Below are positions 1-11,707 of a stretch of DNA of 64,000 nt, piece by piece. The DNA lies in contig NW_027117338.1 of NCBI RefSeq assembly GCF_038025025.1, forward strand, positions 2,418,001 through 2,482,000, in the 5' to 3' direction. Below the pieces are notes generated by a model. The model had not been told where the DNA came from. It searched no databases and saw only the letters and a list, made by a program, of their open reading frames with translations. The number at the start of each line of letters is the position of its first letter. Within the stretch, counting starts at the first letter, position 1. The translations under genes and the position numbers were made by a program. The stretch comes from Phyllosticta citribraziliensis (lineage: Eukaryota).

Positions 1-1499
1 GTCCGTATGTCCCCTGATTGGATCTTTGTTGCGTCGCGCCAAATCCGCATTGACCCAATCCAAAAGCTCATTCACGTATTCAATGTCCTTGCCTTTGAGG
101 GAATGAAACTTTTTCCTGAAACCCTTCTCCTCGACTCTTTTGGCATATTCCTGTCTCATGGCATCGCGGTCTGGGAGTTCTGCATTTCCAGACAGCACTG
201 TTGCCACCACCTTGGCCTGGAAGTCGAAGAGCACAAAAGTTGCGGTAAAGTAAGGAACTCCGACAAAGGCCAGAGTTGGATCGGGGATGTAGAAGATGTC
301 CTTGTGGAGGTTGTGGTACTGCGTGCCGTCTGTGACGATTACTCTTTCATCGGCCTTTTCGGGCGGTGTGTCGTCCTCGTGGTAGGCTTTCAAGTATGGC
401 AAGGAGACGTGGTACCCGGTGCAGACTATGACCTGGTCGACATCGCAAAGCTTGTGTCCAGACTTGAGGGTGATGGTGCCTGGAATGGCGCCAGTTTCCG
501 AAGAATCCGATTCGGGTTGCGACGCGTTTTCGGAATCTGACGAGTCTCCCTCCTGCCCAAAGAAGTCGAAGGACTGGATTTCGCCAATTCTTGTTGCCTT
601 TTCCGGCAGCAAAGTTGCAGGGAAATCGAAATCGCCGCCCCTTGCACTCTGCCAAATGTTCTTCGCCAGAGGTCCAATCTCTTTGGCAATGTCGGTGGAA
701 GAGGTGCCCGCACCTATCAAAAGAACATTCTTGTCTTTGAATGCCTCAGGTGTCCTGTAGCTCTTCGAATGGATGACGCGAGAGGGCCATTTCGTCTTCC
801 AGTCTCGAAGACCAGGGATGTCGGGCACTCTGGGAGCATGGTAATGTCCCGAAGCTACTACGATAGCGTCAAAGCGCTGGAAAGAGTCAGAACTGACAAC
901 AAGCGTGGATGTAATTGCGGAAGAGCACCTCTGTGGTTTGAAAGTTGTCGGGCTGGTCGACGTTGTTGGCAATGGTAAGCTCCCACTTCCCATCAACCTT
1001 TTCTGCATTTTCAACCAAAGTCCGAAACCGGATCGAATGCTCCAAGTTGTGAGCTTTGACAATTCCTTGGACATAGCTGGCGACAACCGTATGGCTGGTG
1101 AATTCAGGAGTGTCTTGTGGAAAGCCCAACAATGCCGTGGTCATCAAAGGAATCGGCACGTTGTTCTTCAAGTCCCGATAGCACGGCCCTGCGGGAGCAC
1201 GCGCTGAGCCCTTCGAGGACTCATCTTTCCAGCCTGTTTTGGGTGGGTCAGAGGCGAGCGAGGCCTTCTCGGAAGGATAGTCGGGCTCTGGCGGCGGATT
1301 CTCGTCATAAACCCTGCTCCTAGTCAGTACTTCTGGCGCAATGTTGATATGGACTTGAGACTTACCATACGCCGCCCGCAGAGTCACGCCTTTCAAAGAC
1401 GGTCACCTCTACACCATCCTTCTTCAAATATGCGGCAGTCGCGGAACCACTCAAACCCGCCCCAATAACAGCGACATGCGATGCTTTGATCAAAGTCAT
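1..1499 (-). CDS. Flavin-containing monooxygenase (FMO-like, class B); 3' end runs off the window
   Basis: ATG at 1499 gives MTLIKASHVAVIGAGLSG (FAD GxGxxG), then FERRDSAGGVW. Introns at 1365-1314 and about 929-878. Downstream motifs FDAIVVASGHY, IHSKSYR (FMO motif region), LIGAGTSSTD (NADPH binding) and CTGY. Confidence 0.92.
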
Positions 1500-2007
1500 T
1501 GTGCTCGACGCGCTAGCAAGTAGAGGTGACAGACGAGGCTGGAGAAGATGAGCTGAAGAGCTGACGGCTTCCCAATATTCTGTGCGACGGTGGCTGGTGA
1601 CTAAATTCGCAAAATGAAATAGAATGGCGTACGCCGCAAGGAAGGGAATGGTTTCGGCCCAGCACTTCCCATTTAAGACGTTTGGTTTGCATCACCAGAT
1701 TTCTTCACGACGCCAAAGCGATAGCGAATGGTGGCGCGGCAATGAGTGGGTTCCGACTTGCAAAAGAAATTGTGCAAGCCTTCGCAGTTTGCACCACTTG
1801 GCTTCCGTGGAACCAGCGGAATCGCTCAAACCTTACCAGTTAGTTGCGCCTCTCCGGGATGTAGTGAGCGCTCGAGCCGGGAGGTCCACAGCTGCCGCTG
1901 ACAGCCGCATTTGGTTTCAAACCGTGTAGTTTTATTGGGTGGTTTAGCCCCCGCAATACGTGCAACTCCCGCGGCCCGCGAAGCATGTTGTGAAAGCGAC
2001 AGGGAAT

Positions 2008-2017
2008 ATGGCGCCAT
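2008..2017. promoter_or_regulatory. Palindromic ATGGCGCCAT, a CYS-3/MetR-type sulfur-regulon bZIP site
   Basis: Exact match to the Neurospora CYS-3 consensus ATGRYRYCAT, in the shared divergent promoter of the FMO and TauD genes. Confidence 0.6.
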
Positions 2018-2369
2018 GGAGGTGATCGGCAAAGCTGTCGCTCCGCGTCAAGACCAACCCAACAAGATCCTGCGCACATGCATTCGACTACTGCGGAGAC
2101 GTGATACGCGTAGTTTCCTGCGCCGTTGATGACCAATAGGAGCGATGATGTTTAGTGAGGGGTATATGATGTGATTGACGCGCCCCTCAGTAACTATTTT
2201 GAGTTGCTGTTGGATGGAGTGATTAGAAATGAGGACCAAAAGCGACGGACCGCTCCGCCAACATATATCTTGGGTCAAGGGAAACGGATTAGGTTTACAG
2301 TATCCAAAGTGCAGGGAGAAAACTTACCTTTTGAACTCTAATCTCGCTTCCTTGAGCACCTCTTACATC

Positions 2370-3623
2370 ATGGCTCCCGGTGCTATTGCTATCCACCCTG
2401 GTATCAAGGACGTTGTTCCTCCCATCAAAGACACCCTCGGACTGCCCGAGCCAGCAAGACAGCGTCTCGAAAAGGCCGGTGTCGACCTCTCGAATGGCTA
2501 CCCTTACCGCCCTGCTCGCCCGCTCTACCTCGACGATGTCTACAAGATCCGCGACTATGACCGCGAACACATAGACCCCGGTTCAAGGGCAGACCCTGAA
2601 AAGAAGGCTCTTTTCTCCGCTGCCGAGAAGGTCATTGACCTTACGGCGCACATTGGTACGGAGATTGTCGGTCTGCAACTGAAGGACCTGTCTCCCCAGC
2701 AAAAGGATGAGCTGGGTCTGTTGATTGCGGAACGAAGCGTGGTCTTCTTCCGCGACCAGGATATTTCTCCCCAACAGCAGAAGGAGTTGGGCGAGTGGTA
2801 TGGTGAGGTCGAAATTCACGTAAGCCATCTGCGCATCCTAGCTCTTTCAAAAGTCAGACTCGCTAAGCAACGAAACAGCCTCAAGTACCCCATGTCCCTG
2901 GAGTGCCCGGCGTGACCGTCATCTGGCCAGCCCTTCAAGCAACTGAAAGACCAGCAAGCTTCCGCAACCCTGGCGGAGCATCCCGCTGGCACACGGACCT
3001 GGTCCATGAGCGCCAGCCTGCGGGTGTGACGCATCTCCACAACGACACAGTCCCCTCTGTTGGCTCAGACACCCTTTGGGCCAGTGGCTACTCCGCTTAC
3101 GAGAAGCTCTCCCCGGAGTTCCGCAAGCTGATTGACGGCAAATCCGCCGTGCATCGTTCCGCCCATCCCTACCTGGACAGGGACCACCCAGAGGAAGGAC
3201 CCAAGTACATCGAGCGCATCCATCCCCTCGTCCGTGTCCACCCCGCTACGGGTTGGAAATCTTTGTTTGTAAATCGCGCAATGACGGACCGCATCGTTGG
3301 TCTGGACAGGGCCGAAAGTGATGTCATTCTCAACTACCTCTACGACGTGTATGAAAAGAACATCGACATCCAGCTGCGATTCAAGTGGACTCCGAGGACG
3401 AGTGCTCTGTGGGATAACCGGTAAGCTTTTCTGGACAAATTTTGACGAAGATGACGTACTGACCAAGCTCTGAAGCATTACCATCCACAACGCCAGCTGG
3501 GACTATGCTGGGAGGGAGCCAAGGCACGGCACTAGGGTGACCGCTCTGGCAGAGAAGCCCTTCTTCGATGAGAAGGCCCCCACGAGGAGGCAGGCTTTGG
3601 GTCAAGCAGGACCTGACGAGTAG
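2370..3623 (+). CDS. Alpha-ketoglutarate-dependent sulfonate/taurine dioxygenase (TauD/TfdA, JLP1-like)
   Basis: MAPGAIAIHP..., with introns 2820-2878 and 3421-3475. Motifs IGTEIVGLQL, RSVVFFRDQ, WHTD (HxD), LWASGY, HPLVRVHPATG, WDNRITIH and RHGTRVT. TAG at 3621-3623. Confidence 0.95.
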
Positions 3624-3941
3624 TCAGTTGGAGATCGGCCACATAGATCAGAGGGAACAGATTGGGCATAGATGTACTGATTGAAGAGCACTTGCGAAGA
3701 AATTGAAGACCTGTGTATCGTTTGGAGCCACGGGCAGTTGTGTGATTCTCCTGCTTGGTGTTGCACCCCAGTGACACTCAATGCAGTCTGTAGTGTTGTA
3801 CACTTGCCCCGATACCGTTGACAACGATCGAAGTGAGCTGGCTGTTTTGCTTGTCCGATGTATTGTTGATGCCAGGATATCGTTCCGATGGGGTTCGTCC
3901 GAGAATTTGCAAGAATAGCAAGTAGGGTAGGCTCCGGGAGT

Positions 3942-5147
3942 TCAAGAGTTTCCGTCGGCGGACGAAGGAGGAACAGGCGCCGCCTCGGTGCCACTGTCGA
4001 GTTTCCTCTTCTTTGCTTCATGCTCGGTCGATGTGGGCTTCGCCGCGTTCACGTTCGCTTTCTCTCTGACCCTGACCGTCTCCCAATTCTCTTGAACCCA
4101 TGCTAAAATTCTGTTCTCACCCGCTTCATCAAGTCCCCGGACCCAAGGGGTCTTCTCCTCGTCGGGCACTGGAGTGGGGTTGAACTTCAACTCGCCATTG
4201 TGGACAGAAACGAACCGGAGGAGTCCCCTGGTCGTAGTCTTCAAGCTTGGGCCGTTGCGTGGGATGACGTTTCTGATGGCGGTCCACAAGGCTTTCTCAC
4301 GCTCCTGCTCGGTGTGTGCAGCAAGCTTCGAGTTGTACTCTTGACGACGTCCAAAGACCTCCAGCGCCTCGTGCAAAACTTTGGCGCGGTCCCACTGACA
4401 GTTGTCGCCTAGTTCATGATTGGAGAACATGAAATCCTCCACGAAAGCACGGAACATGCCGCGTTTCTGGCGTCGGGCCCTGTCGTTGTGCTTTTCGCCT
4501 TCCGTTGGGCCATCCTGCTTGGGAACGATGTTCTGGCGGTTCAAAAAGCGGCAACCGGCGACCCAGTGAAACAGATCCTCCTCGTTGTCGAACCCTTGGT
4601 GGAACTTTTGGCTGTCAAGGCCCAAGAACTTCATGTGAGTGTCGGGATCTTGCGTGAGGTGAATCAAGCTGTCCTTTTTGTTGCTTGTCTCGATCTCGGC
4701 AATGCGGACATGGAGACCTTTATCGTTGGCGGTAAGGCCCAAGCCGCGGATAATAACGCCGATGATCTGAGCAAGGTCGCTGTAAGACGCCTGGAAGACC
4801 TGCCATTGAAAGTAGCCGCGGGGGCAAATTTGCACATCGAGTTGGACAATTGAGTCAGGGATCCCGGGGTGCGGCATGGCGAAGTTGAATGTGGGCCCTT
4901 GGCCTTTCCAAGCTTTTGCACCCAGGGCTTCGGAGATGTCGCTTGGTGTGAGGTGGTCATGGCGAGGACCTTCGACGAGCATGTCAACATCGCCGTGGTC
5001 GACTTTCCACATCGGGGCTTCTGCACTGGTGACGTTCTCATAAATCTGAGCAAGAATGGCGGCGTACTTCAACTTCAGTTCTCCATAGAGCGCGGTTGGA
5101 ATACGGGGGCCCTCAAACCCATCAACCTTGAAGGCGTTTCCACCCAT
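3942..5147 (-). CDS. Uncharacterised 401-aa protein with a predicted PolX/Pol-beta-like nucleotidyltransferase fold
   Basis: Intronless ORF starting MGGNAF. It has KVDHGDVDMLV (GDxD), VQLDVQ (third Asp), RGLGLTANDKGL and NEEDLF, in the order seen in PolX palm/thumb domains. Confidence 0.8.
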   Translation of the reverse strand: MGGNAFKVDGFEGPRIPTALYGELKLKYAAILAQIYENVTSAEAPMWKVDHGDVDMLVEGPRHDHLTPSDISEALGAKAWKGQGPTFNFAMPHPGIPDSIVQLDVQICPRGYFQWQVFQASYSDLAQIIGVIIRGLGLTANDKGLHVRIAEIETSNKKDSLIHLTQDPDTHMKFLGLDSQKFHQGFDNEEDLFHWVAGCRFLNRQNIVPKQDGPTEGEKHNDRARRQKRGMFRAFVEDFMFSNHELGDNCQWDRAKVLHEALEVFGRRQEYNSKLAAHTEQEREKALWTAIRNVIPRNGPSLKTTTRGLLRFVSVHNGELKFNPTPVPDEEKTPWVRGLDEAGENRILAWVQENWETVRVREKANVNAAKPTSTEHEAKKRKLDSGTEAAPVPPSSADGNS

Positions 5148-5474
5148 GGTTCGGCGCAGGGAATTTAAGCAGTCAGGTCGTTAACTGGAGATTAGCTGCA
5201 ATCACAAAAGTTTGCAAGATAGACCTTGAATGTTGGGCAGGTTGTCCGTGAAGATTCGAGAGAGCTTGAGGTGTTGTTGAGAGAAAAGGCATTATGCTCG
5301 ATCACGATGGTCGGCGAAGGCGCTCGCTTATTGCGGGAACGCTATTCCAAGAAAGGCAAAGCGTGGAGCCTGGGTGGCTGATGAGGTGCTGATCTCGTCG
5401 TTCCGATTCCTCCACAGTGGGTGTCCAAAGAAATGCGACAGACCTTCCAGCAACGTAAGTTCAGCTAGTGACCT

Positions 5475-5547
5475 GAGCATTTGTCTGCTACTGTAGTCGC
5501 GCTGAGGGAGCATTCTTTCACTGCTGCATCTAGAGCTAGGGAGTCTC
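5475..5547 (+). repeat. 33-bp-period GAGCATT array A
   Basis: Units begin at 5475 (gagcatttgtctgctactgtagtcgcgctgagg), 5508 (gagcattctttcactgctgcatctagagctagg) and 5541 (gagtctc). Confidence 0.7.
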
Positions 5548-8428
5548 GTTTCTTTCTACACCCACTGTGCCTCCTTTGCAATTGACCATCTTTATTCCTG
5601 ACCGACATGCTCCACGTTTCTCAGAAGGAGAAGTACCAACCGATTATTCCACGTTGAAACAGCAAGAAAATTTTGGGCTCAGACGAGGCTTCTTGAAGTC
5701 GCAAAATTGTTTCAACAAACCGACTGGATTTCGAGTTTCGACGAGGGGACGCATCTCTCCGTTCTATCAGGCAGCGCCTACTCATCGGAGTCGACATTCT
5801 CGACCAGCCCGTCGCAGGCGTCGTCGGTTTGTCTCGGCAGACGATGCTATCACGGCACCCATGTCGCGAAGGGTTTAGTTGCTGTCAACCGAAGCGCTTG
5901 CCATGACCACAGTGATCACAACGCGAAGCTGACCTACAAGTCAGAGAGCTTGCAAGTCGCTATACTGTTTGGAGAAACAAATCTTCCGATGCTGCTTTGT
6001 CTGGGAGAGGCAAAAAAGACAAGCAAGTTGAGTGATGGAGTGGAATGTGGGAGACAAAACAACGGCTGCCTCGCCTCCCGCTGCTGCGCGTCGAGCCTAC
6101 CCAAAGAAGCACGACGGCCCATTTGTGCAACCCTCGGATCAGAATTGGCGCTCCAAGACTATTGTGATCTTATGCAGCCCCCCCGATTGTGCGCTAAGAC
6201 CACAACACACGGAGCCTCCCAAAGAGCAAGCAAGTATTCAATCGCCTTCGAAGTTTGCACGAAATTTCTTGGTAATTTAGCTCAAATTCCTCGAAACATC
6301 CGATAATCAAGCTGGGACTACCACATTCAGCACTCAGAAACTTCTCCAGCAACAGCTTCACCAGCCGCCGCAACTGCCTCTGTCGAAAACGACATTCGCA
6401 ACACTCTCGGAGGACCTCCTCCGTCAAGCAGTGCCTGTTAGACCTGTCCTGACCCAGCCAAAGTCAGTCAGCAAGGTCGGCCAAAAGCCGATGGCTTCGG
6501 CGGCGTCAGACCCGCGGCGGCAAGACTTTGTGCCCTTTATCGCTGTCCTGTGGGTAGTCACTCCTTGGGGGTTCCCATCCGTCCAATGAAGAAGACGGAG
6601 TACATATTTGTAAGTACAACTGGAGAGCGTGTTCGCAGTCTACGTTCATATCGAAGAGGGACAGGGGGTCGCAGGGGCCATCAAGAACGCTCCGTTCTAA
6701 GGTCAATAACAGAGAGAGCATTCAAGACCCAATCCCGATCCCCATCGCCATCTGTCTTGGGACTTTGGCCGGCAAGCCTCAGTCCCTTAATCCTCGCAGG
6801 TGATTGGCGGTTGAGGCGGTTGTGGCGCTACTTTACCGCAACGTTCGCCTGCCATTATTCTCTGCTGTGGGCAACACAAATGGCCTCTCGTTACAGTCTT
6901 GAGCAGCGGTGTGACGATCGAAACGACCCAGTCGAAATTGACTGCGTCTGCTGCCAACAACAATGAAAAACTGAATTAGGGCTTGTAGAAGAGGTCGTGG
7001 GTACATCCGCTCCCCATCTTTGCTATCCAAAACTATCTGCACATAGCTGCCTCTCGTCCTTTTCGCCCTGATTCATGCTTTTTGGAGCATTTTAGTTTAC
7101 TTGCAACTGCATGTACAGAAAATTTCGAATGCTTCTTGCGTTTTGCCTCCTCGGAACTCCGGAGACAGCATTTTTCTTTCCCTTTCAGACTACTGCCAGG
7201 AACATGGACGTTTTGTGGGAGTAATGGAGCAGCAAAGTCAGTCAAACACCACGTTGCATGTGGAACGCGGTGGGCCCCGAAGAGTCTCAATTGCGCAGAA
7301 GCAGACCCAAAAAGCACATGCGCGGCGTCGTACGCCTCCATTTACATCCGTCTCGCGCGTGTCTTGGATTTAGGAGTGCTTCTACCCCTGAGCCCAGTTT
7401 GAATCCATGATCAGTTTCGTCAAGAAGGCCGTCCGTGCGGAGTCGACCATGGAAGGCACTGCTTCTTCATCCACGGTTAGGTACAACAGCCTCGCCATTC
7501 ACGTGCCTTCGCACCGCACCCTTTGCTAGCAAACTGCAACGGCGGCCGCAATAGCTGGTGAGCGCAAATCACAGAGAACTGAAACCTACTCTTCCGAAAT
7601 GGTTTAGCGGTCAAAAATGCAGTCTTTCGGCAGCAGAGCAGCAACACCGCCTGGACTGCCTTGATGCCTCAGGCATCTCTAACCAATGGCAGGGTTTTTT
7701 GAAACCTAGGTATTTCATTGCATCGGCTGACCCGAAAGAAGAGGTGGAAGTCGATGAACAGGATGGAGGGAGGGTTTCGGAGAAGGAAAGCGTGGCGGCA
7801 TTGCGCAGACGGCGATCTGAAGGTGTGGCGGAACGAGACATGATGTAGTTTGACATGATCAACAACTTGATTGGACAGTGTCAAGCCTATAAAGGCAGAA
7901 TAGGCGTACAGAAAAATTGGATGCGGATTGAAACTAGAGGCTCTGCCTGGACGTGCTCGCTATAGAGGGAGGCAAGTAGAAGTTAGGAGCGAGCAACTGG
8001 GCACCGAAAAAAAGAAAAACGCACCCGTCGGCTATGTACCTTGCCTGCTCTGCTGTCTGCCCTCCCTCCACGGCTCTCCCTCCCTACCACCTCAGCGACC
8101 CACGGCGGAACAAAACCACGCACGGCAGTCGTCGGCAATCAAAAGGGCACCGAGAGAGAAAAGCGGCGGTGCGGGCACGACGCCACGGCACGCAGACGGG
8201 CGACGGACGACCAACGACGACGACGACAAGTGAGGACCAACCAACGAACGCACGCATCCAACGCACGATGATGCTCCGACAAAAAAAACTCCACCTCAAC
8301 ATCTCCGGCGGTCCTCCACAAATAATCAAAACGCAAGAGAAAAAAAAAAAAAAAAAACCTTCATCCGTATCGCTACCATGGAACCGCGGCGCGACCTGAT
8401 ATCCTTGTGGCTTGTTCTCCAGTCGCGA

Positions 8429-8528
8429 GTTTTGGAGGGGTAATGGAAACCAGCGCGGGCGAATTTTGAAGGGGTAATGTCAATGTCATGGCTCGCGGCA
8501 GTCCGGTTTTGGAGGGGTAATGGAAACC
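8429..8528 (+). repeat. Three direct copies of TTTTGRAGGGGTAATG
   Basis: Copies at 8430, 8464 and 8507. Copies 1 and 3 share an identical 23-mer GTTTTGGAGGGGTAATGGAAACC. Confidence 0.85.
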
Positions 8529-9594
8529 CCACCGCGCCATGGTGCGGGCCCGCCGCGCCCAACCCAACGAACGCCGATGGGGAGGGAAACCTGGGATGTG
8601 ATGTGAGGCTCCACGGCACTGGCTGCGCTTGACAAGGTGGTGCGTGGAAGGAGGTGGGACACGCCCGCCTGTTTTGCTGTTCTTTCTATGGCGCTGGCTC
8701 GCCGGTGTGGTTTGAAGAGTTTTCTCTCTCGCCAGTTGTCGTCAAATTGACAAGGTATGGTGGATATGGCGCGCGATGCCAGGGTACGTCCGTGGACAGG
8801 TTCTGGGTTTGTTGTAGCGTTGGAGATGGACAGCCACGAGCACCTTTTTCTTTTCTTGCCTCGCGCAAGCCGAGTGTTGGAGGTGCTGTTGTGTTGCAAG
8901 AGACTTGAAGCTGTATTCTTTGCGAAGGACTCTATGACAGCGGTCTGCGACAGAAGAGCTGAAAGCCCTTCGCGATAGTAGCGACAGGGGCATCAAGTAG
9001 AATACATGCAGCGGGCGGGTCTTGCCGTGCCCCTGCTAGCCTCGCGGGCACTATGACATGATTCAAGGCCTCTTCTCCCATCATCTATCCAACGGCGTCT
9101 GCTCAGGCGTCTTCTTGTTGGCCCGTCCGGATTCTCCAACGAGCGTGCGCACGCTCGTGCTCCCAATCCTCTGCCCGGCTGCCTTTTCTTTTCCTTCACC
9201 TCTCCACTATGCCAGCTCCGGAGTCTAGACAGGGCAGGGTGCCTCTTCTGGGCTTGGTAGACGTCCCTCCTTAGCGGGCCGTCGAATCAGAGGGGGCCGA
9301 AGTATAAGTTGGCCCGGTCTAGGGCGCGCCGCAGATCCGGGGGCCGTTGCGGCGGGTTTTTTTCTTCTTTGCTTTTGGCAACCAACATCCATCGACCACA
9401 ACGTCTGGTTTATTCATAGACTGTTCCCCATCTCGTCCGCGTCTCGGCATTCTCTGTCGCTGTCCGCCCACCAAATTGCGGCGTTTGAATTACGCATGCT
9501 TTGAAAGCTGTCGGGCCTGCAATTTTTACATCTTTTTGCATTTGCAAGAGCTTGGGGTTACAGGGGGCGCAAACGAATCAAGGGCCAAGTTGAA

Positions 9595-11707
9595 ATGTCC
9601 CGCCAACCGTCCGGCCAGGATGTCATGGAGGGGAGGGTGTTGATTGTCATCACCGGTACGTCCCCTATGGCGGAGAAGCTTTGGCAAGGAAGATCAAGTA
9701 CTCATGCGCAGCACCGCAGGAGGAACCATTTGCATGCAAGAGTCTGAGGATGGCCTGGTCCCGGTACGTCAAGAGTCTTCACGGCCTTGCGCAGTATGCA
9801 TGTCAGCGCGTCTGATTGAATGCATTTCACTCCCTCAATCTAGATGGTTAACCTTGATTGGCATTCCAGGTACCAGGCTTTCTTCGCGCGGGACTTGCCC
9901 CGCGCCCCTCGTTCAACGACGGGTCCTATCCTGAGCCCCTCGAAATCGTCATCGACGATGCCGGCACGCGCAGAGCGGTCCAGTCGCTGCGCACGCCCAA
10001 GTCGTCGTACAAGCGTCGCGTGCGCTACGCCGTCTACGAGTTTGAGACGCTTCTCGACAGCAGCTCCATCAACGCTGCCGGATGGGACGAGATTGCGAGG
10101 ACCATCTACCGCAACTACACCCTCTACGATGGATTCGTCGTCCTGCACGGCACCGACTCGCTCGCTTACTCGTGCTCGGCCCTGTCCTTTATGATGCAAA
10201 ACTTGGGCAAGCCCGTCATCTTGACTGGTAGCCAAGCGCCCATGAGCCAACTTCAAAACGACGCCACCGACAACCTCCTCTCCAGTCTGGTCATTGCTGG
10301 TCACTTCATGATACCCGAGGTCTGCCTGTTTTTCAATTTCAAGCTCTTCCGCGGAAACCGCGCCACCAAAGTGTCAGCCGACGATTTCAACGCCTTCGCC
10401 AGTCCAAACCTGCCGCCTCTGGCAACCATTTCCAGTCTGCGCACAAACGTCGCGTGGAACCTGGTGCACAGGTCGACGAGCGTCCATCCATTCAGCATCC
10501 AGACCAATCTGGACACGACACACGTGGCATGCCTCAGAGTCTTCCCTGGCATCAAGCCGGAAATGGTGGATGCTGTGCTCCGCCTCGATGGTCTGAAAGG
10601 TCTTGTCCTGGAGACCTTTGGCGCTGGCAATGCTCCTGGTGGGCCCGATTCTGACTTTACGAGGGTTCTGGCGGACGCTGTGAAGAGAGGAATCGTGATT
10701 GTCAACGTGACCCAGTGTCTGAGCGGTAGCGTAAGCCCCCTCTACGCCCCTGCCACCGTTCTTGGCCGGGCTGGCATTGTGTTTGGCCTAGACATGACAA
10801 CAGAAGCTGCCCTGACGAAGCTTTCTTACCTGCTTTCTCTCCCAGGGCTATCGCCCACCGATGTCGCCAAGCGCATGTCCACGTCCCTAAGGGGAGAACT
10901 CACCGAGAGCGGACGGATGCATTTCCAGCACCCGGAGAGCGAACACTCGACGCCGGACGCTAGCACCCTCACGACTCTGGGGTACAAGATAAGGGACGGA
11001 GACTTGGAAGGTGTCAACGAGGTGATGCGGTTCGACAACAAGTGGCTGCTGAACGATGCAGATTATGCGGGGAACACGCCTCTGGTAAGTGCACCGTGGT
11101 CACACACTCATTTCAAGACCGGGGAGTACATGTCGGGGATATCGGAGGCCATCGTGTTCGAGTATGAGCACAAGGGCGACGGTGACCTGCCCAGTCCGTC
11201 GTCGCCGTCGCATCGGTAAATGAGAGCAGAGGCATCGTGTCGTCGCAGAGTCCGACAACGGATGTGAGGGCTATCCGGCGACATTCTGCTCGCAGAAGCA
11301 TTGACCGCCCTGGGGTTCCTTTTGTTTGTCTTGCCGCAGTCTTGCAGGCCGACGGCCAGTTGGGTCGTGTGGTGCTGTTATCTACATACACAGAGACGAG
11401 GCAGTCCGTCCTGCATGGTGCTGACGGCTCGTTATAGCACTTGGCGGCAGCCGGGCCAAACGTCGACATGCTGCGCGAATTTCTGTCCGAGGGCGCCTCT
11501 GTCCACCTACGAAACCGCGCAGGACACACGCCACTTTTCCTGGCTGCTCGTGCGGGGTTGCGCAATCATGTGTTGCTGCTGCGGGAGGCGGGCGCGCACC
11601 TTCACGCAGAGGAGCTGGCGGCGGCGAGGCTCCACGCCAGCGAGAGCGGACAAGACGACAGTGTTTGGGGGGTGGCCGGCGTCGAGATTGGTGCTGACAG
11701 CGGTTGA
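9595..11707 (+). CDS. Type I L-asparaginase with C-terminal ankyrin repeats (60-kDa lysophospholipase-like)
   Basis: The spliced start reads MSRQPSGQDVMEGRVLIVITGGTICM (TGGT motif). Introns 9656-9719, 9764-9869 and 11085-11437. Motifs HGTDSLAY, ILTGSQ, ETFGAGN and DMTTEAALTKL, then ankyrin GNTPL|HLAA and GHTPLFLAA. Confidence 0.93.

Noticed and set aside
1035..1043. GAATGCTCC core inside the FMO CDS (also GAGCATTC at about 56400 in the uL1m CDS and 55095 in a 3' region)
   Set aside because: Single cores with no partner at 33 bp; compatible with chance or coding sequence.
7085..7235. Possible decayed 33-bp array (gagcattt 7085, gaaaattt 7118)
   Set aside because: Too degenerate to separate from chance by eye.
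5567..7900. ORFs of 100-199 aa (e.g. 5707-6306, 6550-6966)
   Set aside because: No ATG-led coherent gene model, no recognisable motifs and weak codon bias. A poorly conserved gene cannot be excluded.
9237..9300. TPP riboswitch candidate (GGGTGCC)
   Set aside because: The CTGAGA and downstream conserved TPP aptamer segments are missing.
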